55,935 bases of DNA, taken from assembly GCA_964549895.1 (NCBI GenBank), contig CAZJWW010000001.1, forward strand, positions 16,532 through 72,466, read 5' to 3'. Positions 37,441 through 46,225 of the stretch are shown here, piece after piece. The notes beneath the pieces were generated by a model, which saw only the letters and a list, made by a program, of their open reading frames with translations, made no database searches and was not told the DNA's origin. Position numbers and translations under genes: made by a program. Numbering within the stretch: the first letter of the stretch is position 1; every line of letters starts with the position of its first letter. Origin of the DNA: an uncultured Gammaproteobacteria bacterium (GTDB taxonomy: Bacteria > Pseudomonadota > Gammaproteobacteria > Arenicellales > Arenicellaceae).

Positions 37441-40149
37441 ATGCAAAAGCCTCAAATCATCCTGATAGACGGTTCATCCTATCTATATCGTGCGTTTTAC
37501 GTGCCTCAATTAAAGCGTATGCAGACCAGTTCCGGGCAACCAACGGGCGCGGTTTTCGGTATTATAAATATGATTAAAAGCTTGGCCACCGATTACCCAG
37601 AATCAAATATCGTGGCAATTTTTGATGCTAAAGGTAAAAACTTTCGCCACGAGTTATACAGCGATTACAAAGCCAACCGACCACCCATGCCAGATGAATT
37701 GCGCAGTCAAGTTGACTATGTGCACCGCAGTATTAGAGCCCTTGGATTACCCTTAGTCGCGATGCCAGGAGTAGAAGCAGATGATGTCATTGGTACCTAT
37801 GCCAAGCTAGCCTCAGACGCTGGGCAAACAGTGTTGGTTGCTTCTGGTGATAAGGATTTGGCCCAAATCGTCAATGATAAAGTCAATCTAATCGACACTA
37901 TGAAAAAGGTGATATTGGACGAAGAAGGCGTGTTAGAAAAATTTGGAGTGCGTCCGGACCAAATTATTGATTATCTAGCGTTAATGGGAGATACCTCCGA
38001 CAATGTGCCGGGAGTACCTAAAGTAGGGCCAAAAACGGCCGTTAAATGGCTAGCTGAGTACAAATCTTTGGATGGTATCGTCGAAAACGCAGATGCTATT
38101 GGTGGCAAAGTCGGGGAAAATTTACGCGAGTTTATTCCACAACTCCCGTTGTCTAAAGATTTAGTGACCATTCGCTGCGAGTTGCCCGTTGAGCCCACTT
38201 TGGAGGGTTTGGTTCAGGCCGCGCAGGATGATGCGACCCTAATAGAGATATACACTGAGCTGCAATTTAAAAAGTGGCTTGGTGAAATGGGGCAAGAATT
38301 ACCCGCGTCGGCTGGCAGTGCTGGCGCGCCTGAATTTAAAAAGGGCGAATATCAAATCGTATTTTCCGAAAAAGATTTTTTAAATTGGCTAGAGCGGCTT
38401 AAAAATTCAGAAGGCTTTGCTTTTGACACCGAGACGACTTCTATCCAAGCGCAACAAGCTGATTTGGTAGGGGTTTCTTTCGCTATAGAGGCAGGTAAAG
38501 CGGCCTATGTGCCAGTAGCACATTCTTATATGGATGCACCTCAGCAATTAGACAGAGACTGGGTAGTTGCACAATTAAAACCGTTACTGGAAGACCCGGC
38601 ATTACCCAAGATTGGCCAAAATTTAAAATACGATATGAGCGTATTGGCAAATTATGATGTGCATATGCAGGGTGCGGCCTTCGATACCATGTTGGAATCT
38701 TACGTACTGGATAGCGTTAGTTCGCGGCACGACATGGATACGCTATCTGTTAATCATTTAGGCCATCAACCAGTGCCATTCAGTGAAGTGGCCGGTAAAG
38801 GCAAAGCACAGCTGACGTTTGATCAAGTTGATATTGATAAAGGCGGTTATTATGCTGCCGAAGACGCTGATATTACCCTGCGCCTGCACCATACCTTAAT
38901 GCCGAGCCTCACCCGTCAGCCCAGTTTGCATCGTATTTATAACGAATTAGAAATGCCGTTGGTGAGCGTATTGTCACGCATCGAAAGTAATGGCGTTTTG
39001 ATTGATGACAGCATGTTGTTGCAGCAAAGTCAGCAGTTGGCAATGAGTATGCAAGACGCTGAGAAAACCGCCTATGAGTTAGCCGGCCGCGAATTTAATC
39101 TGGCTTCGCCTAAGCAAATACAGGAAATTTTGTACGATGAAATGGATTTGCCAGTATTAAAAAAGACGCCCAAAGGAGCGCCGTCCACGGCAGAAGAAGT
39201 ATTACAGGATTTAGCGGTTGAGCATGATTTGCCGCGTTTAATTCTTGAGCATCGAAGCTTAGGCAAACTGAAGTCAACTTATACGGACAAGTTACCTACT
39301 ATGATTAACCCGCGAACTGGGCGGGTACATACTTCATACCATCAGGCGGTAACGGCCACTGGGCGACTGTCATCCAGTGATCCGAATTTACAGAATATTC
39401 CCATCCGAACGCAGGAAGGAAGACGTATTAGAGAAGCTTTTATTGCTAACGACGGTATGCAAATAATGGCTGCCGACTACTCACAAATAGAGCTAAGAAT
39501 TATGGCGCATTTATCGGGCGACGAAACCTTAGTGCATGCCTTTAACAATAAATTGGATATTCATCGAGCGACGGCGGCTGAAATATTTAGTGTGGAGTTA
39601 GACGCCGTCAGCGACGATCAGCGGCGTCATGCTAAAGCTGTGAACTTTGGTCTCATCTATGGCATGTCCGCGTTTGGCTTGGGCAAGCAATTGCATATTG
39701 AACGCAAACAAGCACAGCAGTATATCGATCAGTATTTTGAGCGTTACCCAGGCGTTAAACTGTATATGGAAAGCACCCGCGAGTTTGCCCACGAACACAG
39801 TTATGTCGAAACTGTATTTGGTCGGAGATTGTATCTTCCCGATATCAATGCTAAGAATCACAATGTTCGTCAATATGCAGAGCGTACCGCTATTAACGCG
39901 CCTATGCAGGGTACCGCCGCTGATATCATTAAACGCGCGATGATTGCGGTGCATGAATGGATTGGCGATGAGAACGGTCAGATTAGTATGGTGATGCAGG
40001 TGCATGACGAGCTGGTATTTGAAATAGAGACAGCGCAGATATCTAAAGCAAAGGATGATATTTGTGAAATCATGCAGAATGCGGCGAGTTTGTCCGTACC
40101 CCTAGTTGTTGATGCGGGAATGGGTAAAAATTGGGCACAAGCGCACTAA
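37441..40149 (+). CDS. polA: DNA polymerase I
   Basis: LIDGSSYLYRAF 5'-3' exonuclease, FDTET 3'-5' exonuclease, DYSQIELR, KAVNFGLIYG and QVHDELVFE. Confidence 0.98.
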   Translation: MQKPQIILIDGSSYLYRAFYVPQLKRMQTSSGQPTGAVFGIINMIKSLATDYPESNIVAIFDAKGKNFRHELYSDYKANRPPMPDELRSQVDYVHRSIRALGLPLVAMPGVEADDVIGTYAKLASDAGQTVLVASGDKDLAQIVNDKVNLIDTMKKVILDEEGVLEKFGVRPDQIIDYLALMGDTSDNVPGVPKVGPKTAVKWLAEYKSLDGIVENADAIGGKVGENLREFIPQLPLSKDLVTIRCELPVEPTLEGLVQAAQDDATLIEIYTELQFKKWLGEMGQELPASAGSAGAPEFKKGEYQIVFSEKDFLNWLERLKNSEGFAFDTETTSIQAQQADLVGVSFAIEAGKAAYVPVAHSYMDAPQQLDRDWVVAQLKPLLEDPALPKIGQNLKYDMSVLANYDVHMQGAAFDTMLESYVLDSVSSRHDMDTLSVNHLGHQPVPFSEVAGKGKAQLTFDQVDIDKGGYYAAEDADITLRLHHTLMPSLTRQPSLHRIYNELEMPLVSVLSRIESNGVLIDDSMLLQQSQQLAMSMQDAEKTAYELAGREFNLASPKQIQEILYDEMDLPVLKKTPKGAPSTAEEVLQDLAVEHDLPRLILEHRSLGKLKSTYTDKLPTMINPRTGRVHTSYHQAVTATGRLSSSDPNLQNIPIRTQEGRRIREAFIANDGMQIMAADYSQIELRIMAHLSGDETLVHAFNNKLDIHRATAAEIFSVELDAVSDDQRRHAKAVNFGLIYGMSAFGLGKQLHIERKQAQQYIDQYFERYPGVKLYMESTREFAHEHSYVETVFGRRLYLPDINAKNHNVRQYAERTAINAPMQGTAADIIKRAMIAVHEWIGDENGQISMVMQVHDELVFEIETAQISKAKDDICEIMQNAASLSVPLVVDAGMGKNWAQAH

Positions 40150-40231
40150 ATTAATCGCATTTGGCCATAAGTTTGCCCTATTTTGATGCTCTAATGGCAC
40201 TGACAGTTAAATCTCAATCGTTTAAACTAGG

Positions 40232-41635
40232 GTGAATAATATAATTATAGGACTGGCTAGTATTGATATTCATATGCCAACGGTCAAACAGAACAGAAAG
40301 ATATTTAATTCTACCTCCAGCAAAGTGCTAGCATTGGCGGCTGGGGTTGTGCTTGGGTGGTGGTTATGGCCATCATCGGACGAGCCCGTAACTACTCTTG
40401 AAAACCCGTCAAATTCGGCGGGCGAGAACGCGACTCGACTTGTATCAGCGATTCGCCCAGTCACCGAAGCAAGTGCCAAAGAGGCGGCCCAGACGGGAGT
40501 GTTGTTTAAATCGCTTGATCCCGATCTTGAAACAAGTATGAATAAGCGTTTTTCTGACGCGTTGGTCGCGCAAAATGAGAGTGATTTTTTGGTAGCTGAA
40601 GAGTTACTGAATGACCTGATAAATGATTATCCCGAGCTACCCGAACCTTATGTCAATCTTGCTGCTGTATACACTAAAACCAATCAATTAGAAAAAGCGC
40701 AAGCGACTCTAGTGAATGGTTTAAATGCAAAACCAACCACCGCAGCCTTGTTTGAGAGCTTACAGCAAGTACTTGGTGCGCAGGCCGCCGAGGCATATCA
40801 AAAGGCATTTAATGCTAAGACCACTAGAGGTACAGTGCCGTTAGATTTACCTCTAGCAAGTAACATTACTTTACCTCAAGCTGAGCCGGAGACATCAAGC
40901 GACGAGCTTGATTTGGCGAATGAACAGCTGGATTCGGCTAGAAAAGAGATCGCAAATTTAAAATCTCAATACGAATTGCGAATTGCCTCATTACAAGAAG
41001 AACTAGCCAATCAGGCGCTGTTAGTTAATAACAGCTTGAACAATGCCAGTGAACCGCAAGTTGCTAAGCTGGATGTAGCGCCGCCTTCAAATGAGATCGT
41101 AACGGCGTCTGCGACCACCCCATCCGTTGCCACAGAACCTATTGCAACTGAACCCGCCGTATCTAACACCCCAACATCGACAACCGTAGCACCACAGGTA
41201 GCCGCGCTAGAGGCCCAACAACAACGCGATGCGGAGATAAAGCGGCAACGAGAATTAGCGGCAAAAGCGCTAGCGCAAACACGAGAAAAGAACGCAATTG
41301 GCGCGGTGCGACGTTGGGCTGCAGCATGGTCCAGTCAAGACGTACAAAGCTATGTGTCTAATTACGTTGACGGCTATGTACCCAGGGGCAGTGGTTTAAG
41401 CCATGTTCAGTGGGTGTCACAACGACGTGATCGTTTAGGTAATAAAAAATTTATTAATGTTAAAGTCAGCCGCTTCAAGGTAGAAGACCTCGGTCAGCGC
41501 TTCAGTGTTCAATTCTCGCAGAATTACAAATCGAATACGATCAACGATACTATTATCAAAACGCTAACCTTTGTTAAAGGCGATGATGATTGGTCTAATG
41601 CCAAAATTGTGACAGAAAACGCGATTTCTGGTTAG
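40232..41635 (+). CDS. Membrane-anchored TPR / coiled-coil protein with C-terminal NTF2-like (Csd6-C-like) domain
   Basis: TM, TPR (YPELPEPYVNLAAVY), coiled coil, Pro/Thr linker, and WAAAWSSQDVQSYVSNY...FSQNYKSN..D...K. The start may be 40274. Confidence 0.72.
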   Translation: MNNIIIGLASIDIHMPTVKQNRKIFNSTSSKVLALAAGVVLGWWLWPSSDEPVTTLENPSNSAGENATRLVSAIRPVTEASAKEAAQTGVLFKSLDPDLETSMNKRFSDALVAQNESDFLVAEELLNDLINDYPELPEPYVNLAAVYTKTNQLEKAQATLVNGLNAKPTTAALFESLQQVLGAQAAEAYQKAFNAKTTRGTVPLDLPLASNITLPQAEPETSSDELDLANEQLDSARKEIANLKSQYELRIASLQEELANQALLVNNSLNNASEPQVAKLDVAPPSNEIVTASATTPSVATEPIATEPAVSNTPTSTTVAPQVAALEAQQQRDAEIKRQRELAAKALAQTREKNAIGAVRRWAAAWSSQDVQSYVSNYVDGYVPRGSGLSHVQWVSQRRDRLGNKKFINVKVSRFKVEDLGQRFSVQFSQNYKSNTINDTIIKTLTFVKGDDDWSNAKIVTENAISG

Positions 41636-41638
41636 CTC

Positions 41639-42922
41639 GTGAGGCGTTTTCAAGTAACTAACAGATGGCGGAATATATTGCTTATAAGATTAATGGTTTT
41701 AGCGCTGTGTTTGGGCGCCTTTTGTTCAAAAATGGTCTTGGCGCAGAATGCAGATTCGGCGAGTGGTGACCATGAAAGTAGCGACGATGCCGTATTGCAC
41801 GCTTATGAACAAAACGGCAATTACGAACCGTCCGTGCTGGCAATTATTAAATCTATTCAATCCGGACAACTCAGTGTGGCATTGGGTTTGGCGGACGAGC
41901 ACCTAAAGTTATTTCCCAAAAGTCGCATAGGTCACTTGCTCAAGGCCGACATACTGCATGCGCAAACGTCGCCTTTATCACAGCCAGGGACTGGTTTTAC
42001 CGCTGAACAGGCCACCGAGCTAGCGGGGTTAAACCACCAGCTTAAAAATCGTTGGTTGCACGCGGAGCAAGGCGAAGACAGTTCACACAACCATGTGCCA
42101 GCGAGTCTGATTCATATGGGGCAACACGAGCACGTGATTGTTACTGATATGGTAGGAGGGCGATTGTATTTGTATAAAAACGACAACGGCCATCCAAAAT
42201 TGATTAGGGATTATTATTTAACGGTAGGCGCTGACGGTTACGGAAAGCAAGTCGAGGGCGATAATAAAACGCCTGTGGGTGTGTATTCGATAAATCGATA
42301 TATAGATGGTGATGAATTGCCTGATTTGTATGGAGGTGGCGCTTTTCCGGTTAATTATCCAAATCGTTTTGATCGTTATCGAAAGCGCACGGGCTATGGA
42401 ATTTGGCTACATGGTACGCCTTCAGATACCTATGCTCGGTCACCTTGGGCAAGCGAAGGCTGTTTCGTGTTGAGTAATGATGATTTAGAGGATATCAGTC
42501 AATACCTAAGCGTAGAAAAGCGTACACCCGTGATTCTGAGCGATTCTATAGAGTGGATAACTTCTTCGGAACTCTCAGCGATCAAACAACAGGCGATGAC
42601 GGTATTAGATGCATGGAAGGCCGATTGGGAGAGCTTAAACACTGAGGCGTATTTGAGCCATTACTCACGCGATAATTTCAATTTTGGTAGTAAACATTAT
42701 CAGCGTTGGGCCAGCCGCAAGAAAGAAACCAATAGTCGTAAAACCTTTGTGCAGATTGATTTAGAGCTACAGAGTTTGTTTATGTATCCTGGTGAAACAG
42801 ATATGTTTGTGGTTAAGTACAAACAGCGATATCTAAGTAATAATTACGCTGGACAGTCTCAAAAAGAACAATACTGGAAACGCGATGATGCAGGCCGATG
42901 GAAGATTATTTATGAAGGCTAA
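41639..42922 (+). CDS. L,D-transpeptidase-fold (YkuD) enzyme with C-terminal NTF2-like domain, Csd6/Pgp2-like
   Basis: Signal peptide, K..EGD.KTP.GVY, GIWLHG...SEGC catalytic motif and C-terminal W..DWES....YLSHY...WKIIYE. Confidence 0.85.
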   Translation: MRRFQVTNRWRNILLIRLMVLALCLGAFCSKMVLAQNADSASGDHESSDDAVLHAYEQNGNYEPSVLAIIKSIQSGQLSVALGLADEHLKLFPKSRIGHLLKADILHAQTSPLSQPGTGFTAEQATELAGLNHQLKNRWLHAEQGEDSSHNHVPASLIHMGQHEHVIVTDMVGGRLYLYKNDNGHPKLIRDYYLTVGADGYGKQVEGDNKTPVGVYSINRYIDGDELPDLYGGGAFPVNYPNRFDRYRKRTGYGIWLHGTPSDTYARSPWASEGCFVLSNDDLEDISQYLSVEKRTPVILSDSIEWITSSELSAIKQQAMTVLDAWKADWESLNTEAYLSHYSRDNFNFGSKHYQRWASRKKETNSRKTFVQIDLELQSLFMYPGETDMFVVKYKQRYLSNNYAGQSQKEQYWKRDDAGRWKIIYEG

Positions 42923-42936
42923 GGGTGCATTAAAGC

Positions 42937-44112
42937 TTAAGGAATAGCCACTTGGTCGGTATTAATATTACCGCGCAACCACGCAACAATGTCTTCCCAA
43001 ATTCTTGCCGACTCGTCTTTTGTTGGCATTTCCCAGGCGTGCGGTAGCTCCAAAGTAATCACAGGGATATTGCGGTTTATACCCGCATAGTTTCCTAAAG
43101 ATCCTGGGTAGGTGCCGAGTAAATTTAGGTGTAATTTGCCCAGAGACTTGGGAGCAGAGTTAAGTACTAATGAATCAAAATCGACTACGCCATAAGGCGC
43201 ATGTACATTAATAATGGCATCTGGTTTAAAGGTATTTATTTCATCAATCAGCCATTGCGTTTCTGGCTCGCTGGCCGCTGATTTACCTGGATAGCGCCGT
43301 GGTTTACTACCAACTTTTTCTTTCCAGTATTTGAGTGCTTTGACTTCCCAATCATCGGACGGTAAGTTTCTATTGAGATCCACGCCGTTTTTATTGGTGC
43401 GAGTTGCCCACTTATTTAATACGCCATCTGGGTTCATCATCGGCACCATATGCCAATGAAATAAACCAGAATGAAATTTTTTGAGGCTGGCAATCCATCT
43501 AAATACCATGCTAACAGACGTCAGTTCATCACCGTGCATGCCGCCAATAACTAAGATTCGGCCGCGCGGTTCTCGGTTAACTAACGGTGTAAACTCGCTA
43601 ACCAATAGGGGAAAGCCGCTCACTGAATCACAACCACTGGGTGAAAGTTCGGCCGCTTCGCAAAGTGTCATAGACACGCTGGCTAGACGTTTTGAAATAC
43701 GTTGACAGCTTTGTTCCAATAATTTGGATGTGTTAGCACTTACGATCGGATTTAAACAATATAGTTTTGGCTCAGCATCGCTATTGTTTTCGCGATTCGA
43801 ATCTTCGGCACTAGCAAAACTTAATTCTTCGACAATATTGTTAGTACTTTGATTGGGATCATCGGTTAAGCGATTCAAATCATTTGTCGCTTTCTCAACT
43901 GAGACTCCTATGAAGTCGGTATCTAAAGTGTTGGCATCAAAATTATTATCGAGCTCAATTTGATCGTTGTCTGCGTCCGTTGTTAGTTCAGGGTTACTGT
44001 CGATTGAGAACGTAAAATAGTTTTTGGCGAAGCTCAATACCGCGACCAATAGAATCAAAATAAATACAAATTTACCCTTGCGCGACCGACTGTTTGATTC
44101 TCTTTCAAACAC
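42937..44112 (-). CDS. M14 zinc carboxypeptidase / murein peptide amidase (MpaA-like) with N-terminal membrane anchor
   Basis: HGDE, NPDG, N.NGVDLNRN, SEPET, HAP, YPGSLG and TLELP; basic N-terminus plus TM. Confidence 0.82.
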   Translation of the reverse strand: MFERESNSRSRKGKFVFILILLVAVLSFAKNYFTFSIDSNPELTTDADNDQIELDNNFDANTLDTDFIGVSVEKATNDLNRLTDDPNQSTNNIVEELSFASAEDSNRENNSDAEPKLYCLNPIVSANTSKLLEQSCQRISKRLASVSMTLCEAAELSPSGCDSVSGFPLLVSEFTPLVNREPRGRILVIGGMHGDELTSVSMVFRWIASLKKFHSGLFHWHMVPMMNPDGVLNKWATRTNKNGVDLNRNLPSDDWEVKALKYWKEKVGSKPRRYPGKSAASEPETQWLIDEINTFKPDAIINVHAPYGVVDFDSLVLNSAPKSLGKLHLNLLGTYPGSLGNYAGINRNIPVITLELPHAWEMPTKDESARIWEDIVAWLRGNINTDQVAIP

Positions 44113-44217
44113 CGATTATGCCCATGAAACAGATAACTTATTCATAGTGTCTATTATAAGGTAAAGCTAGCCCTTTAGCTAAATTCTTAATTCCGTTCTA
44201 ACGAGAATAAATTAACC

Positions 44218-44617
44218 AAAAAAAGGTGCTGGAAGCAGTATGCGTGAGCAGTTTGGGGAGAGGGTTTAAAGCTAATAATCAAACGTGATCAGCCTAGGTT
44301 TCCAATACGCCGACCCACCCACTTTATATGTTACTTACCCACCCACTTTATATGTTACTTAATAGTCTAGAGTGACAACTAAAGTGCTGGATTTGTAGGA
44401 AGTTAGATGTCTAAGGCAGGCGAAATACCGTGTGTGTGGTATTCCAAGGGGATGTCGTTTGGGGGGACTGCCTGCCTTAGACAATTCTGTCGCGTGTATT
44501 TCCTGCTATTCGTTTAGTTTAATCTTTTAACTAAGTTTGAATCGTCGTTTAATTAACTTCCAACCCAGTAGCTAGGTTGAGTCATAACCTAGAAATAAAC
44601 GCTCTGTCTTGTTTACC
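44218..44617 (-). ncRNA. Candidate structured non-coding RNA (family unknown)
   Basis: Putative promoter TTGTAT-N17-TATCTT (44652-44624), several stems including a perfect 14-bp stem (44408-44421/44470-44483), and a terminal U7 tract; no ORF in the track. Confidence 0.45.
44313..44360 (+). repeat. Perfect 24-bp tandem duplication ACCCACCCACTTTATATGTTACTT x2
   Basis: Copies at 44313-44336 and 44337-44360. Confidence 0.95.
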
Positions 44618-44675
44618 ATAGGAAAGATAATGCAATTGTCTGTTTAATACAAGAAACTTTTCATTAAATTTACAA

Positions 44676-44695
44676 AATGAGTCCAGTGACTCATT
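44676..44695 (-). terminator. Hairpin at the yihA stop codon
   Basis: AATGAGTC-CAGT-GACTCATT, running into a short U tract on the minus strand. Confidence 0.5.
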
Positions 44696-45338
44696 GGGTG
44701 CTTTCTTTGACCCAATTCTGCATTTGAGCACGAACCTTATCCACACCAATAAAGTTTTGTGACGAAAATGGCTCTACTCCAAAATTGCCAGGAAATTTTT
44801 TCAGCTCTTTCTCTGTTTTTAGTGCGGTTGCGGCAATTTTACCCCGTTTTAATTTATCGGCCTTAGTAAGTAGAATTTGCGTGGGTAATTGCGAATCAGA
44901 CGCCCACTGAATCATTTGTAAATCAAGTTCTGTAAGCGGGTGACGAATATCCATCAGTAGCACCAAGATAATCAAATTTTTGCGCTCTGCTAAGTACTCG
45001 TGAATGGTCTTTTGCCACTTTTCTTTAACCGCTAGTGGCACTTTAGCGAAACCATAACCGGGTAGGTCGACCAAGCGCGCCTGCTGTCCCAACGAGAAAA
45101 AATTAATTTGCTGAGTGCGGCCTGGTACCTTTGATGTTCTAGCGAGCTTGCGTCGATTACTAATGGCGTTAATTGCGCTCGATTTACCTACATTTGATCT
45201 TCCTGCAAAGGCAATTTCAACTAAATCGTCCGCGGGAAATTGGTGTGGCTCTGCAGCCCCTAATAAAAACTGAGGATCGCGAAAAATCTCCGGTAGCGTA
45301 GGTTTTTTCTGTTGACTGGTATCGGCCTTGGTGATCAT
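44691..45338 (-). CDS. yihA: Ribosome biogenesis GTPase YihA/EngB
   Basis: GRSNVGKSS, PGRT, DLPGYG and TKADK. Confidence 0.96.
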   Translation of the reverse strand: MITKADTSQQKKPTLPEIFRDPQFLLGAAEPHQFPADDLVEIAFAGRSNVGKSSAINAISNRRKLARTSKVPGRTQQINFFSLGQQARLVDLPGYGFAKVPLAVKEKWQKTIHEYLAERKNLIILVLLMDIRHPLTELDLQMIQWASDSQLPTQILLTKADKLKRGKIAATALKTEKELKKFPGNFGVEPFSSQNFIGVDKVRAQMQNWVKESTQ

Positions 45339-45473
45339 GATTTATCTTTCTCTATTAAATAGTGATTCACTCGCTTATTTTAAGCTAAAAGCCTTGTGTT
45401 TACTTGAGGCGGTATCGCTCTCATGCTATAAACTCGCTGAGTGAATAAACAGCTTTATATCGTGTTAGGTATT

Positions 45474-46103
45474 ATGGAAAAATTATTATACATCGTCGGA
45501 ACAATAGCACTTTTGATTGTCGGCTTAGTCGGGAACTCAGGTGTGGCTATTGCATCGGGCGATGCCGAAGCGGGTAAAGCAAAAGCGGCCGTTTGTGCTG
45601 CTTGTCATGGTGCCGAAGGCATTAGTTCAATACCACTGAACCCTAACCTCGCTGGTCAAGTACCAGGGTATATAGCCGCACAGCTGAAAGCCTTTAAAAG
45701 CGGAGAACGAGTAAACGCTATTATGGCGGGTCAAGTCATCGCTTTATCTGAAGCTGACATGGCTGATTTAGATGCTTACTATGCGGCGCTGCCAGCGAAC
45801 TTAGTTATGAGTTTGAGTGATGCTGATAAAACGCTAGCTGAAGCGGGTGCAATTATTTATCGGGGTGGATTTGCAGATCGAGGCATTTCGGCGTGTATGA
45901 GCTGCCATGGTCCAAGTGGCCACGGTATTCCTAAAAACTATCCCAGAGTCTCTGCGCAGCACAAAGAATATATAGAACAACAGCTGTTGGCGTATAAGAA
46001 GGGTGAGCGAAAAGGCTACAACGATATTATGTGGGACATCGCATTCGGACTGTCTGAATTGCAAATAAAGCAATTATCGGCGTACATCGCGGGATTAAAA
46101 TAG
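45474..46103 (+). CDS. Diheme cytochrome c4
   Basis: Signal peptide and two heme motifs, CAACH and CMSCH; divergent from yihA. ATG 45474 is preferred over GTG 45441. Confidence 0.9.
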   Translation: MEKLLYIVGTIALLIVGLVGNSGVAIASGDAEAGKAKAAVCAACHGAEGISSIPLNPNLAGQVPGYIAAQLKAFKSGERVNAIMAGQVIALSEADMADLDAYYAALPANLVMSLSDADKTLAEAGAIIYRGGFADRGISACMSCHGPSGHGIPKNYPRVSAQHKEYIEQQLLAYKKGERKGYNDIMWDIAFGLSELQIKQLSAYIAGLK

Positions 46104-46141
46104 CGCGATTACTCAAGTGTTTATTCAAACTAAGTAAGTCC

Positions 46142-46170
46142 AAAAAGCAGCTAGTTTGGCTGCTTTTTTT
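46142..46170 (+). terminator. Intrinsic terminator after cytochrome c4
   Basis: AAAAAGCAGCTA-GTT-TGGCTGCTTTTTTT. Confidence 0.8.
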
Positions 46171-46225
46171 ATGGGAGCGTTTATCCGGTGCGCTGTGTCA
46201 GCAGCTAAAGTGATACACTTTGTTT

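Noticed and set aside
40195-40210. Sigma54 promoter (TGGCAC) upstream of the TPR/NTF2 gene
   Set aside because: No TTGC at the -12 position.
44231-44330. Resemblance to group II intron domain V/VI on the + strand (GAAGCAGTATGCG...CAGTTTGGGGAGAGGG...CGACCCAC)
   Set aside because: The 3' strand of the upper DV stem and the GNRA loop are missing, the lower stem has an A-A mismatch, and there is no RT ORF or GUGYG 5' end.
44313-44360. 24-bp repeat as a CRISPR array
   Set aside because: Only two directly adjacent copies, no spacer and no cas genes.
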